From Centroscyllium fabricii (taxonomy: Eukaryota): a DNA stretch of 64,000 nucleotides. The translations under genes and the position numbers were made by a program. Under the pieces are notes generated by a model. That model was given only the letters and a program-made list of their open reading frames with translations. It was not told the DNA's origin and did no database searches. The stretch spans positions 19,344,001 through 19,408,000 of the forward strand of contig JBNRSN020000003.1 of assembly GCA_051313645.2 (NCBI GenBank), in the 5' to 3' direction. Shown here one piece after another: positions 36,534-49,654 of the stretch. Numbering within the stretch: the stretch's first letter is position 1; every line of letters starts with the position of its first letter.

Positions 36534-37272
36534 GGGTGCAAAATTGGCGGTCTAGCCCTGGCCCGTTAGCACGGTGCTAATCGGGCGATACACAATTAGC
36601 ACTAGCGCTCGGGCCCAGCATGAAATTCAGTGGGGCGCTAAGTTGGGGACTAACTGGTTGCGCCCCAATGGCTTTTGCGCCCAGCTGGCCAACGTGAATG
36701 ACGTCATAACGTTGCGCAGCGCCCAAGAGGTGCCCGCAGCTGAAATTGGGCAGCGCCCACTGATTTATTGCTGGGCGCTGCCCGCGCCAGCTTTTTCGGG
36801 CCGTTACAGCAGCGGGGGAGCGCTACTTAAAGGGGAGTGCGGCGGTCGGCCACTTTTATTGCTGGCCGACTGCCAGCACCATCCCCCTCGGCCCCCCCCA
36901 CCGCGGGGTCAGGCCTCCGGCAACTGAGCCCGGCACTTCCCTCCAGTGCCAGGCTCCTTCTGGCGATTCCTGTCCCACGGCGGCCCCGCGGGGCTCCGGC
37001 TGCGCTAGGCCCCCTCCCCTTTAATCAGGGAGGAAGGCCTGCAGGACCGCGGGCCGCCGCTGTGCGCTCCTTGGCGCAGCGACACGCCCGCGCCCCGATA
37101 TTCGGCCGCCTCGCACCAAGAGCGAGGGGGCCCGCCTGCTTTAGCGCCCGACCTCCCATTATGGGCGATACAGGTGAATCTTGCCGCCAACAGTGCCAAC
37201 GATGAGCTGCCGCTGAGAATAGCGCTGCGCCGAGGTCAGCGCCACAAAACGTGGGCTGACCAATTTAGCCCC
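36534..37272 (+). mobile_element. GC-rich Harbinger-like MITE, copy 2
   Basis: GGGTGCAAAATTGG ... CCAATTTAGCCCC; colinear with 15462-16093. Confidence 0.72.
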
Positions 37273-37718
37273 CATAGAATTGCACCATTGCAGCATCAAC
37301 TTGGCTCAATTGGCAGCACTCTTGCCTTGGAGTCAAAAATTGTGGCTCAAGCTGGATTTGAGCACTGAGGGAGTGTTTTATTGTTGGAAGTGCTATCTGT
37401 TGGACGAGACATTAAACCAAGGTCCATTTTGCCTGTTCAGGTGGACGTAAAAGATCCCATGGCACCATTTGAAGAGCAGGGGGCTCCTGGTGTCCCAGCC
37501 AATACCACCAAAACAGAATAGAACATAAGAAATAGGAGCAGGAGTCGGCCATTCGGCCCCTCGAGCCGGCTCCGCCATTTAATGAGATCATGGCTGACCT
37601 TCGAACTCAACTCCACCTTCCGCCCGATCTCCAGATCCCTCGATTCCCCGAGATGACAAAAATCTATCGACCTCAGCTTCGCATTTGATTCTACCTTTAT
37701 CGACTGAAAGAACACATA

Positions 37719-38816
37719 GGGCTGGATTTTCATTGGGCCACGGAGTCGGGATTGGAGGCGTGTGGGGGGGTTTAAAATCCTGAATTTGGGTGTCCCGCCC
37801 CCAACCCACCCCCATGCCAGTTTCAAAGGAGGCAGGTACCAGGCCTGCATGGGGACCCGCCTCCCCGAGGCGGGAAGGGGATTAGTGCCTGTTAACAGGT
37901 ACTTAACAGGCAGTTTTTAGCCTAATCCCTATCGCTAACTGGACGTGGTTTGGAGCCGTCGGGCTGAAGGGCTTGGAGGGGTCGAGATGTCCGGTGTTCA
38001 GGTGAGTGATGGGTGCATGAGTGTAGAGGTAAGTGTGTTTGGTCTGTGTAAAGTGTTTAAAGAAGTTCTACTAACCTTTACTTACCTTTACAGCCTTCCT
38101 TCCTTCAGGTCTCGGGAGTCCCTCATCTCACCGGCACAGAAAGCAGAATGGCCGCCAGCTGTCAAAAGTTCCAGCATTCAGCTTTCTGTTCTGGGGAGAT
38201 CTCTAAATCATCCTGAGAGGAAAGAATTAACCTGGAGTACAGATTGTCAGTGTTTGACAGCTTCAAACAGCTGTCAAACGCTGATATTTCATTTGTCAAA
38301 AGGTCTTGACAGATTAAATGTCAATCTGTGATGTCACCTGTTGCCGGGTGGCCCTTAATTGTCCTGCTGAGCCCGCTGGGCAAGCTCAACAAGGTCAATC
38401 AAGTCAAAATCGCGTGGGTTGGCCACAACTCGATGGAGGCGGGACTAAAACCCTGAAAGTTGCAAAACACGGCGGCACGGTGGCATAGTGGTTAGCACTG
38501 TTGCCTCACAGCGCCAGTGGCCCGGGTTCAAATCCAGCCTCGGGTACTATCTGTGTGGAGTTTGCACATTCTCCCCGTGTCTGCGTGGGTTTCCTCCGGG
38601 TGCTCCGGTTTCCTCCCACAGTCCAAAGATGTGCGGGTTAGGTTGATTGGCCAGGATAAATTGACCCTTAGTGTTAGGGGGATTGAATATGTGGGGTTAC
38701 GGGGATAGGGTAGGATATGTGTAGGTGCAAGCTCGATGGGCCGAAATGGCCTCTATCTGCACTGTAGGGATTCTATGAACCACCTCCTATCCGACTCCTC
38801 AATGAAAATCCAGCCC
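37719..38816. mobile_element. Harbinger-like MITE with nested HE1
   Basis: Perfect 17-bp TIR GGGCTGGATTTTCATTG / CAATGAAAATCCAGCCC. Confidence 0.82.
38470..38777 (+). mobile_element. HE1 V-SINE with short alternative CR1 tail
   Basis: Ends gctcgatgggccgaaatggcctctatctgcactgtagggattctatga. Confidence 0.88.
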
Positions 38817-38874
38817 TTAGGTTCTGTTCGGCATCTTTCTGTAACACTGAAATGAGATTACTAAGTACAGAGGG

Positions 38875-40870
38875 ACAGAATAACATAACAATTAGGAGCA
38901 GGAGTCGGCCATACAGTCCCTCGGGCCTGCTCCGCCATTCAATAAGATCATGACTGAATTTCTACCTCAACTGCATTTTCCTGTCCGATCTCCATATCCC
39001 TCGATTCCCCTCGAGTCTAAAAATCTAGCGATCTCAGCCTTGAATATTCTCAAAGACTCAGCATTCACAAGCCTCTGAGTGAAGAAATTCCTCCTCATCT
39101 CAGTCTTAAATGGCTGATCCCTTATCCTGAGACTATGCCCCCTAGTTCTAGACACTCCAGCCAGGGGAAACAACCTCTCAGCATCTACCCTGTCAATCCC
39201 CCTCAGAATCTTGTATGTTTCAATGAGATCACCTCTCATTCTTCTAAACTCCAGAGAGTATCGGCCCATTCTACACAATCTCTCATCATCGGACAGCCCT
39301 CTCATCCCAGGAATCAATCGAGTGAACCTTCATTGCACCGCCTCCAAGGCAAGTATATCCTCCCTTAGATAAGGAGACCAAAACTGTGCACAGTACTCCA
39401 GGTGTGGTCTCACCAAGACCCTGTACAATTGTAGCAAGACTTCCTTACTCTTATACTCCAACCCTCTTGCAATAAAGGCCAACATGCAATTTGCCTTCCT
39501 AATTGCTTGCTGTACCGACATGCTAGCTTTCTGTGTTTCTTGCACAAGGACATCTAAATCTTTCTGAACACCAACATTTAATACTTTCTCACCATTTAAA
39601 AAATATTCTGTTTTTCTATTCTTCCTACCTTTTTGCCCACTCACTTAACCTGTCTATATCCTTCCGCGGGCTTTGTGTCCTCCTCACAGCTTACTTTCCC
39701 ACCTAGCTTTGCATCGTCAGCAAACTTAGATGAAGCGACCAAGTGCAATATATCCAAGTCATTCAAGCAGATTGCAAATAGCTGAGGACTGATCCTAGCA
39801 GCACACTCCACTAATTACAGCCTGCCAACCTGAAAATGACTCATTTATCCCTACTCTGTTTTCTGTCCATTAACCAATCCTCTATCCACGGTAATACACA
39901 GAAACACTGAAGATAGGAGTAGGAGTAGGCCAGTCGGCCCTTCGAGCCTGCTCTGCCATTTTGATGAGATCATGGCTGATCATCCAAACCCAGCAACCCC
40001 CCTCCTACCCTCTCCCCATATCCCCCATATCCCCCAATACTAAGAACGATGTGAGGCAAGATGGCGGCGCGTGTATATGCAGTGGCTTTGCGTCTCCGGA
40101 GTTAACGCTGTCTGCTGCAGTTCTGGGTCTGTTCGCTCAGAGAGGACGGCATGGTCGGCGAGGTGGTGTACCGGGGTCGGCGCGGCGGAGTTGTCGGAGC
40201 ACCGGGGTGTCTGCGGTCGGAGTATCGGGGGCGCACTGAGGCCGGCATGGTCGGAACGCCAAGGCCTTGAGGTCTGAGTGTTTGGAGCCGGAGCCTGCGT
40301 GGTCGCTGAGGTCGGAGCGCCGGGCCCTGCGTAGTTGGAGCGCCGGGGCCTTGGTCGCCGAGGTCGGCGCGTCGGAGCCTGCGTGGTCGTGGCGCCGGAG
40401 GTCGGCGAGTTCGTAGTGCCGGGGCCTGCATGGTTGGAGCACCGGGACCGTTATGGAATGGAACAGACTAGGACTTCAGTGGAGGACATTTTGACATCTG
40501 CGTTGTTCTTGGGGGTTTGGCAAGAACTGCATTTCGTTGTATGGTGTTTGTTCGCTATACAATGACAAATAAATTGAATCTGAATCTGAATCTGAATATC
40601 TCACACACATACTCATGGGCATTTTTTTAGTATCTCCAATTCACCTAACCTGCATATAGACATCACCCCCAACCCCATGTGCCCTTATCTTGTGTAACCA
40701 CCTTTTATGTGGCACCTTATCGAATGGCACTTAGAAATCCAAATATACGGCATCCACCTTCCCTCCTTTATCTACCCGACATCCTCAAGAAACGAATACA
40801 TTTGTTAAACACAATTTCCTTTTCATAAAACCATGTCGACTCTGGCTATTCATATTATAATTTTCTAAGC
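38875..40870 (-). mobile_element. CR1 RT and 3' end, interrupted by an HE1-B fragment (39896-40655) that itself contains a Rex1-tailed element
   Basis: LVRPHLEYC and RRMRGDLIETYK motifs; RT resumes at 40656. Confidence 0.82.
40051..40596 (+). mobile_element. Non-autonomous bipartite Rex1-like retroelement with GC-rich internal repeats
   Basis: Starts ..caagatggcggcgcg; ends catttcgttg..tacaatgacaaataaattgaa(tctgaa)n; no RT. Confidence 0.75.
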
Positions 40871-41079
40871 TGGCACAAATTGGTTACATTTGCCTACACT
40901 TCAAAACTAATGCACCAATTGTGAGGCACTTTGGGACGTCCTAAGGAAGAAATAGGAGCTATATATAAATGCAAGTTCTTTGTTTCCTTCCATCCCAAAT
41001 GGGCCTACATTTCCACAATACCTTTGTCGCCTCGCCCTCGTAGTGCTTTGTAAAGACGACTCTGGACTCGGTAGTTTAT

Positions 41080-41455
41080 ACACAGAAACACAGAAGATAG
41101 GAGCAGGAGTCGGCCATTCGGCCCTTCGAGCCTGCTCCGCCATTTTGACGAGATCATGGCTGATCATCCAAACCCAGCACCCCCCTCCTACCCTCTCCCC
41201 ACATCCCCCGACACCCCCAACTCTAAGAACTGTATCTCACACACATACTCATGGGCAATTTTTAGTATCTCCAATTCACCTAACCTGCATGTCTTTGGGC
41301 GGTGGGAGGAAACCGGAGTACCCGGAGGAAACCCGCACAAACACGGGGAGAACATGCAAACTCCACGCAGAGGTGTCCCGGGCCAAGCAGGATTCGAACG
41401 CAGGAGCTCCTTATTGCGAGGCAGCAGTGCTAACCACTGCGCCACCGTGTCGTCC
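41080..41455 (-). mobile_element. HE1-like subfamily B, full length
   Basis: Reverse complement of 9284-9658. Confidence 0.88.
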
Positions 41456-41811
41456 TAAAATTATAAACGACTGCTTTACTTGGGTTGTAATGGCTGCCTG
41501 CCGCATGGTGCGGGGTGATACTCCAGTGTGCCACTGTGCGGTGCCTGCGCACTACTTTCCCAGCATCACAGTGGTGCTGCTACATGTGATTTGAGTGTTA
41601 GTACACTTGTGCAATGTAGTCCCAACATAACTATGTAACAACCTTAGACCACTTGACCCGGGGGGTGGGGGAGGCTTAGTAGAAAGAGAATGTGTGTCAC
41701 AATTAAGCCTGATCATTTACTCATCTGATGTGCACGCCCAAACTTCAGTGCCATTACCATCACCAAGTCCCACACCAATGACCAGAGACTGAACTGCCAT
41801 GGCTGCTAGGG

Positions 41812-42210
41812 TAAACATAGAAACATAGACGATAGGAGCAGAAGTCAGCCATTCGGCCCTTCGAGCCTGCTCCGCCATTCAATGTAATCATGGCTGATCA
41901 TCCAAACCCAGTACCCTCTCCTTGCCTTGTCCCCATATCCCTCGATCCCTATCGAGCCTGCACCGACACATATCCCACCCTATCACCACACATTTAATCT
42001 CCCTAACACTAAGGGTCAATTTATCATGGCCAATCAACCTAACCCGCACATCTTTGGACTGTGGGAGGAAACCGGAGCATCCGGAGGAAACCCACGCAGA
42101 CACGGGGAGAATGTGCAAACTCCACACAGATAGTACCCGAGGCTGGATTTGAACCCGGGTCTCTAGTGCTGTGAGGCAACAGTGCTAACCACTGTGCCAC
42201 CGTGCTGCCC
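41812..42210 (-). mobile_element. Full-length HE1 V-SINE
   Basis: Head, V-domain, tail. Confidence 0.92.
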
Positions 42211-43218
42211 CGATAGGGTAGGTCCGGGGCTGGGTATTCTGCGGCAAATGGTAAGGAAAAGACAGCAAGAAAGGCAACAACTACAAAATGAGCCTTTTTA
42301 CATTTCTAACGCTGCTCGTGATCCAGCAGACAAGGGCATAAGGGTGTTTAATTCATTGTCCAGCAAGCAAAGGACAGATAGCTATTTTAAAAATTCGTAA
42401 CACAGAAGTATTACAGCGGCCACAGATTTGCTTACATAATGCATTCGGATCAAGTTTTTACAGTCCGCCCTCACTTTTTTTTGTTGCACAAGGGAAGTAA
42501 TTCATCCAGATATAAAGCGACCTTGCCAAGGCACCTACTTTGTTTCCCTTTAGGCACCTACACAATCAGCCCTTCAGTTTGACTTAGGAAACACATTCAT
42601 CCATTATAGACCTATTTTCCTCTTTACAGCTGCTGTTTTCTAAAAATAATCGCATCGTTCAGCAGTGAAGGGAAAAATACTGATTCTTTCGAACGGGTGA
42701 CTGCGGGGTAAACGCTTGGTGAGCTCGGGTCCTCTGCGCCAGTGTCGCCCTCGTTGGCTGCTGCACCAAAATCGCTCTGCTGAAAATCAGGGCGGGCACG
42801 ACATGGATGAATCATCTGCAGTTCAGGGAAAGGAAAACTCTCTCCATGAATTCCAGACACTTGGAAGTCTGGGTGCTTCTTGGGTCTCGGCACCACAGGG
42901 AAATAAATGCCTGCTCTCATTTGCCTAGATACACGGTGTTGCTAATCCAACATCATCGCCCTACAGGAGTCCGCAGGAATAATTTACCAGAGACAGCGAG
43001 CTCTGCTAATATAGATTTCAAGTCCAGACAAGCAGCTATTTTTTTTTTTTTTTAAGTTCAATACAGAACATTTCCATAATCCTCTTGAGAATTTACACCA
43101 TGCAAATTAATGTCGTCCAATACATCGCAACAAACTGACCTAAAAGCCCAGTTTGTGATTACACGGACGTTTTAATTGCAATTCCACAAATCACACATTT
43201 TTGGTTACTTTGTGAAGG

Positions 43219-43650
43219 ACTGACAACTGCGGCTCAGCGGCAGCTCTCTCGCTCGAGTCAGAAGGTTGTGGGCAAAAAAAAGCCCCGCTCCGGACACGGG
43301 AGCACAAAATCGAAGCTACCACACCAGTGCAGCACTGAGGGAGCGTCGTACTGTCGAAGGTGCTGTCTGCTCTCTCAGGTGGATGGAAAAGATCGCACGG
43401 CCACTGTTTCGAAGAAGAGCAGGGCGAGTTCTCCCCGGTGTCCCGGGGCCAATACTTATCCTCCAACCAACATCACTAAAACAGATTATCCGGTCATGAT
43501 CACACTGCTGTTTGTGGGAGCTTGCTGTGCGCAAAATGACTGCTGCGTTTCCTACGTTACAGCAGTGACCACACCGCAAAAGCACTTCATTGGCTGTGAA
43601 GCGCTTTGCGACGCCCTGAGGTTGTGAAAGGCGCTGCGGAAATGCAAGAC
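43219..43650 (+). mobile_element. SacSINE1-like DeuSINE
   Basis: Colinear with 10521-11356. Confidence 0.8.
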
Positions 43651-43943
43651 TGAATTTATGCTTGAATTTATGTTAGGTTTATTGGCCATGATAAAATTGA
43701 CCCTTAGTGTTAGGGGGATTGAATATGTGGGGTTACGGCGATAGGGTGGGATGTGTGTTGGTGCAGGCTTGATAGGGATCGAGGGATATGGGGAGAGGGC
43801 AGGGACAGGGTACTGGGTTTTGGATGATCAGCCATAATCTCATTGAATGGCGGAGCAGGCTCGAAGGGCCGAATGGCCTACTCCTGCTCCTATCTTCTAT
43901 GTTTCTATGGTTCTATGTTTCTAACTCCAATACATGTCAATTA

Positions 43944-44482
43944 CAGGTTGAGCACCGGTAATCCGGCACCCGATGGTCCGGCACGAATGGAAACCGGCCG
44001 TCTTCAGTTTGCGGAGCAGCCACTCGGCGGAGCCACCATTTCCCGCAAAGGGTGAGCAAGCGCCAAAGGAGTCGGGCGTTTGGGTTGCTGCTTTTTTAGG
44101 CCTTGTAAGTGTTCTATCTCCGGGCTCCCTCCCGGGAAGTGTTCTATCCCCGGGTTCCCTCCCGGGGAGTGTTCTGTCCCCGGGCTCCCTCCCGGGAAGT
44201 GTTCTGTCCCCGGGCTCCCTCCCGGGGAGTGTTCTGTCCCCGGGCTTCCTCCCGGGGAGTGTTCTGTCCCCGGGCTCCCTCCCGGGGAGTGTTCTGTCCC
44301 CGGGCTCCCTCCCGGGGAGTGTTCTGTCCCCGGGCTCCCTCCCGGGGAGTGTTCTGTCCCCGGGCTCCCTCCCGGGGAGTGTTCTACCCGCGCGCTCCCC
44401 CCGAACCTTCAGTGGTTCGTAATTTTCAATGGTCCAGCACCGGCCTGGTCCCGAGGGTGCCGGATTACCGGTGCTCAACCTG
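43944..44482. mobile_element. TA-flanked MITE (T2-type TIR) with 30-bp minisatellite
   Basis: Perfect 28-bp TIR CAGGTTGAGCACCGGTAATCCGGCACCC; TA flanks. Confidence 0.92.
44108..44390. repeat. 30-bp minisatellite, ~9.5 copies
   Basis: Unit gtgttctgtccccgggctccctcccgggga. Confidence 0.95.
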
Positions 44483-45223
44483 TACTTAGCATACAATTTT
44501 AATGGCAATGTTTACTATTATGCATAGTTATGGTATGATTTTCCCCCTAATTGGCCCGGGATTTTATCTGGTTTCTCACCTCTCAGAAGATTGCGTGGCT
44601 TCCGGGCGGGGTGTGGCGTGTCTGTATTGTGATGCATAAGTCATCACAACCGTACGGGACAGGCCGGCCGGATGGACCAGTGGGTCTGTTCCTGTCCGTT
44701 ATTTCTCGTATGTTCGTACAGCTCCCCTTACTTTCATCCAACATCCCCTGGCCATTTACCTCATTGCCGCTTGTGGGATCTTGCTGTGCAGACATTGGCT
44801 GCTGTGTTTGCTTGAATTGCAGCAGTGACTACACTTCAGAAGTACTTCATTGGCTGTAAAGCAACTTTGGGACATCCTGAGGTCATGACAGGCGCTGCAG
44901 AAATGCAAGTCTTTCTTTAACGGTTACTGTACTTCAGAGGCAAATCATCAGTTGTAAAGATCGTTGGGACACCCCGAGGTCGTGAATGCAAGTTCTTAAA
45001 CAGTACCGCAATCACATAAGGCTTCACAGGATTGCTGCAATCCATTTCTTTATAAGGTTGGAGAGATCTTAATTTATTCCTTCATTAAAATATTTTCCTA
45101 ATAAACCGTGAAACAAACAATATTTATTAATTACCCAGAACTTAAGTCCGTGATTTTTTTTTTCAATGCCCGTTATATATAAAACAATCTAATTTGTCTG
45201 AAGTTATGGCATTTTGTACCTAA

Positions 45224-45628
45224 AGGGCGGCACGGTGGCACAGTGGTTAGCATTGTTGCCTCACAGCACTGGAGACCCGGGTTCAAATCCAGCCTCGGGT
45301 GACTATCTGTGTGGAGTTTGCACATTCTCCCCGTGTCTGCGTGGGTTTCCTCCAGGTACTCCGGTTTCCTCCCACAGTCCAAAGATGTGCGGGTTAGGTT
45401 GATTGGCCATGATAAATTGACCCTTAGTGTTAGGGGGATTGAATATGTGGGGTTACGGGGATAGGGTGAGATATGCGTCAGTGCAGGCTCAAGCGGGATC
45501 GAGGGATATGGGGAGAGGGCAGGGACAGGGTGCTGGGTTTGGATGATCAGCCATGATCTCATCGAATGGCCGAACAGGCTCGAGGGGCCGAATGGCCTAC
45601 CCCTGCTCCTATCTTCTATGTTTCTATG
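45224..45628 (+). mobile_element. Full-length HE1 V-SINE
   Basis: Head, V-domain, tail. Confidence 0.92.
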
Positions 45629-45937
45629 TTACCATTTAGGATTCAGCTCTCTGCTCTTTTTCTCCAAGATGTACCACTTCACTTTTATCGACTGCAACTA
45701 CCAACGTCTCTGCTCACTTCCTTAACCTGTCGACGCCTTCCTGCAACCTTCCGATTTGGAGTGCGCTGCCTGATAGGATGGTGGTTACCGATTCAGCAGC
45801 AGCCTTCAAAAGGGAATTGGACAAATACTTGAAGGAGAACAAAGTTGCAGGAATATGGGGAAAGAGCGGGGGAGTGGGACTAACTGGAACGCTCTTCAAA
45901 AGAGCCGACGCAGACTCGATGTGCTGTGCTACTACAT

Positions 45938-47123
45938 AAGAACATAAGTAGGAGCAGGAGTCGGCCATTCGGCCCCTCGAGCCTGCTCCGCCATTCAATA
46001 GGATCATGGCTGATCATCCAAACCCAGTACCCTGTCCCTGCCCTCTCCCCATATCCCTCGATCCCTCTCGAGCCTGCACCGACACATATCCCACCCTATC
46101 CCCGTAACCCCACATATTCAATCCCCCTAACATTAAGGGTCAATTTATCCTGGCCAATCAACCTAACCCGCACATCTTTGGACTGATCATGACTGATCCG
46201 AACTTAGACTAACGTCCACTTCCCTGCCCGCTCCCCGTAACCCCGTATTCCCTTATCAGCTAGGAAACTGTCTATCTCCATTTTAAATTTATTTAATGTC
46301 GCAGCTTCCACAGCTCTGAGGCAGTAAATTCCATAGATTTACTTCCCTCTGAGTGAGGAAGTTTCTCCTCATCTCAGTTTTGAAAAGGCAGCCCCTTATT
46401 CTCAGATTATGCCCCCTAGTTCTAGTCTCACCCATCAGCGGAAACATCCTCGCCGCATCCATCCGATCAAGCCCCCTCACAATCTTACGTGTTTCGATAA
46501 GATCGCCTCTCACTCTTCTGAATTCCAATGAGTAGAGGCCCAGCCTACTCAACCTTTCCTCATAAGCCAACCCCCTCATGTCCGGAATCAACCGAGTGAA
46601 CATAGAAACATAGAAACTAGGAGCAGGAGTAGGCCATTCGGCCCTGCGAGCCTGCTCCGCCATTTAATGAGATCATGGCTGATCATCCAAACCCAGTATC
46701 CCGCCCCTGCCCTCTCCCCATATCCGTATCGAGCCTGCACCGACACATATCCCACCCTATCCCCGTAACCCCACATATTCAATCCCCCTAACACTAAGGG
46801 TCAATTTATCATGGCCAATCAACCTAACCCGCACATCTTTGGACTGTGGGAGGAAACCGGAGCACCCGGAGGAAACCCACACAGACACGGGGAGAATGTG
46901 CAAACTCCACACAGATAGTACCCGAGGCTGGATTTGAACCTGGGTCTCCAGTGCTGTGAGGCAACAATGATAACCACTGTGCCACCGTGCCGCCCTTCTC
47001 TGAACTGCCTCGAGAGCAAGTATATCTTTTCTTAAATATGGAAACCAAACCTGTACGCAGTATTGCAGGTGCGGCCTCACCAGTACCCTGTATAACTGCA
47101 GCAAGACTTCCCTGCTTTTATAC
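45938..47123 (-). mobile_element. CR1 3' portion with HE1 insertions (about 45950-46185 and 46599-46995)
   Basis: GLYSLEFRRVRGDLIET; HE1 V-domain. Confidence 0.85.
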
Positions 47124-47363
47124 TCAATTCAATTCAATTCAAGTTTTATTGTCATTGCAGAGTACTAGTACAATACAACGAGACGAAGACTCGACTCTCC
47201 CGAGAGTAGTGTAGACAAAAGAAATAAATTACATAAATAAATTGCATACAGTAAAGTTCATTATCAGGCGTGCAGGTACCGGAGTTTCTTTTTAGAGTTC
47301 AGGAGGCTGACAGCCCTGGGGAAGAAGCTGTTCTGAAATCTAGTCGTGCGGGTGCAAATTGCT
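47124..47363 (-). mobile_element. Rex1 3'-end fragment
   Basis: Near-identical to 2341-2560. Confidence 0.9.
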
Positions 47364-48043
47364 CCATCCCCCTATGATGTTCTATGATATCCCCATAGTC
47401 GGACGTTGCTAGCAAATTCTGACATTAGGCCGTTATGCCAATATCCAAATCATTTATGCAGGAGAGGAGCGAGAGAGTTAGCAACACAGCTCCCGGAGGC
47501 AAATAACATTTGATACGGTTTGACTGTAATTGGTTTATTTCTTCACTAAAACATTTGATAAGCAGTGAAACAAAGAATATTCATTACATACCCACAACTG
47601 AAATGTTTGATTTATGTTATCCTTCAGTGACCCGTCCATCCACGCTCCCATTTTATCTCAAATACAGCGGGCCTTAATTATCGCAAGGGTCTCTTGCGGC
47701 CTTTTTTGAACATCCAGATACACATCAGCTGCATTCACTTCCTCTATATTCACAGTAATTTGCTGGGAAAACTCAATTAAATCATGACCTACAGTTTACA
47801 AGTCCAAGGTGAGCATCGCCAATAAGTTCATAACTTTCCTTGTGCCCACTAACAGTCAGAAAAGGAACACAAATATTTACACTTCTTTGCTGATCTGATT
47901 CTTAGGGCTGGATTTTGTCAATGGGGGCGGGACTGCCGCTTGTCGGGTCAATGTCCCGCCTCCATCCTCGCCTGACCATTCAGAGGGATTTTCCCGATTG
48001 AACTCGTTACGCCCGCCCGGCGGGCTCAGCAGGCCAATTAGGC

Positions 48044-48533
48044 GAGGCGGTGGCGCAGTGGTTATGTCACTGGACTAGTAAGCCAGAGGCTCAGTCAAAT
48101 GCTCTGAGGATATGGGTTTAAAATCCCACCCACGGCAGCTGGTGGAATTTAAATTCAATTCAAATTAATTCTGGAATTAAATGGTAGTCTTAGTAATGGC
48201 GACCATGATACCATTGTCGATTGTTGCAAAAACCCATCTGGTTCACTAATGTCCTTTAGGGAAGGAAATCTGCTGTCCTTACCTGGTCTGGCCTGCATGT
48301 GACTCCAGACCCACAGCAATGTGGTTGACTCTTAATGCCCTCTGAAATGGTCCAGCAAGCCACTCAGTTGTAAACAACTGCTACGCAACATTGTGGGTGT
48401 ACCTACACCATATGGACTGCAGTGGTTCAAGAAGGTGGCTCACCACCATCTTCTCGAGGGCAATTAGGGATGGGCACTAAATGCAGGCCTAGCCAGCCAG
48501 CGAGGCCACATCCCAGCAATGAATTTTAAAAAA
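48044..48533 (+). mobile_element. Full-length tRNA-derived SINE with Zenon-CR1 tail (inside a Harbinger-like MITE starting ~47905)
   Basis: A box gtggcgcagtggtta, degenerate B box gggtttaaaatccc; last ~145 bp match LINE 18540-18690. Confidence 0.85.
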
Positions 48534-48699
48534 GGGAAGAAGTCACTGACAGATCACGTCAACGTCAGACGTGCTATCAAGACTTCCTGAAAGAAGAAAT
48601 GACAGCGTTGGAATGCTCTGTGAAGCTGTCAAATGCCGACATTCTCTTGAGTTTGATTCATTTTTGTGGTGAGGACTGATTGATTCCATTATTTGACAG

Positions 48700-48947
48700 A
48701 CGTCAGGGATGACTCCCTTGTCCTTATTCGAATAGTGGCCTCGGGATCTTTTACATCCACCTGAGAGAGCTGACAGGGTTTAATGTCTCATCCGAAAGAC
48801 GGCACCTCCGACTGTGCTGCACTCCCTCAGCACTGCACTGGAGCGTCAGACGTGATTTCTGTGCTCAAGTGCCTGGAGTGGGACTTGAACCCACAACCTT
48901 CTGAGTCAGAGGCAAGGGTGCTACCCACTGAGCCACTGGCTGACACT
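48700..48947 (-). mobile_element. SacSINE1-like 5' portion
   Basis: Head and Deu-domain on the minus strand. Confidence 0.8.
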
Positions 48948-49097
48948 TGATATACGAGGTATTGACAATCAGTACGATTGAGTGTCCGACACCGGGGAGG
49001 TGCCAGCAGATTAGAAACAGGCTAACATGGTGTCCCAATTCAGAATGTTGACAACTACAGACCTATTAATCTAAATTCAGTCTGTCAAATAATGGAA

Positions 49098-49595
49098 TCA
49101 TAGAAGATAGGAGCAGGAGTAGGCCATTCGAGTCTGCTCCACCATTCAATTAAATCATGCCTGATCTTTCAGATTCAGTACCCTGTCCCTGCCTTCTCCC
49201 CATATCCCTTGATCCCTTCAGCCTGAAGAAATATATCCAACTCCTTCTTGAATATATTCAATGAACCGGCCTCCACCGCCCTCTGTGGCAGAGAATTCCA
49301 CAGGTTCACCACTCTCTGGGTGAAGAAATTCCTCCTCATCTCAGTCCTAAATGAGTTACCCCTTATCCTTAGACTATGGCCCCTGGTTCTGGACTCCCCG
49401 ACCATCGGGAACATCCTTCCTGCCTCCAGTCTGTCCAGGCCTGACAGAATTTTATAGGTTTCGATGAGATCCCCTCTCAATCATCTGAACTCCAGTGAGT
49501 ATAAGCTGGAGACTCAATCTCTCCCCATACGTCATTCCTGCCATCCCAGGAGTAAACCTTCCCATATGTCATTCCTGCCATCCCAAGAGTAAACT
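49098..49595 (-). mobile_element. CR1 3' fragment with ~35-bp duplication at the 5' junction
   Basis: RGDLIETYK..GYGEKAGTGY*; cccata(c/t)gtcattcctgccatccca occurs twice. Confidence 0.88.
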
Positions 49596-49654
49596 TGAAG
49601 GTTATCGGCCCAATAAGCTAGCTAACAGCAGGATGAATTCAGAAGGGTGAGGCC

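Noticed and set aside
43921-44508. Repetitive PGREPGDRTL-type ORFs
   Set aside because: Translations of a 30-bp minisatellite inside a MITE.
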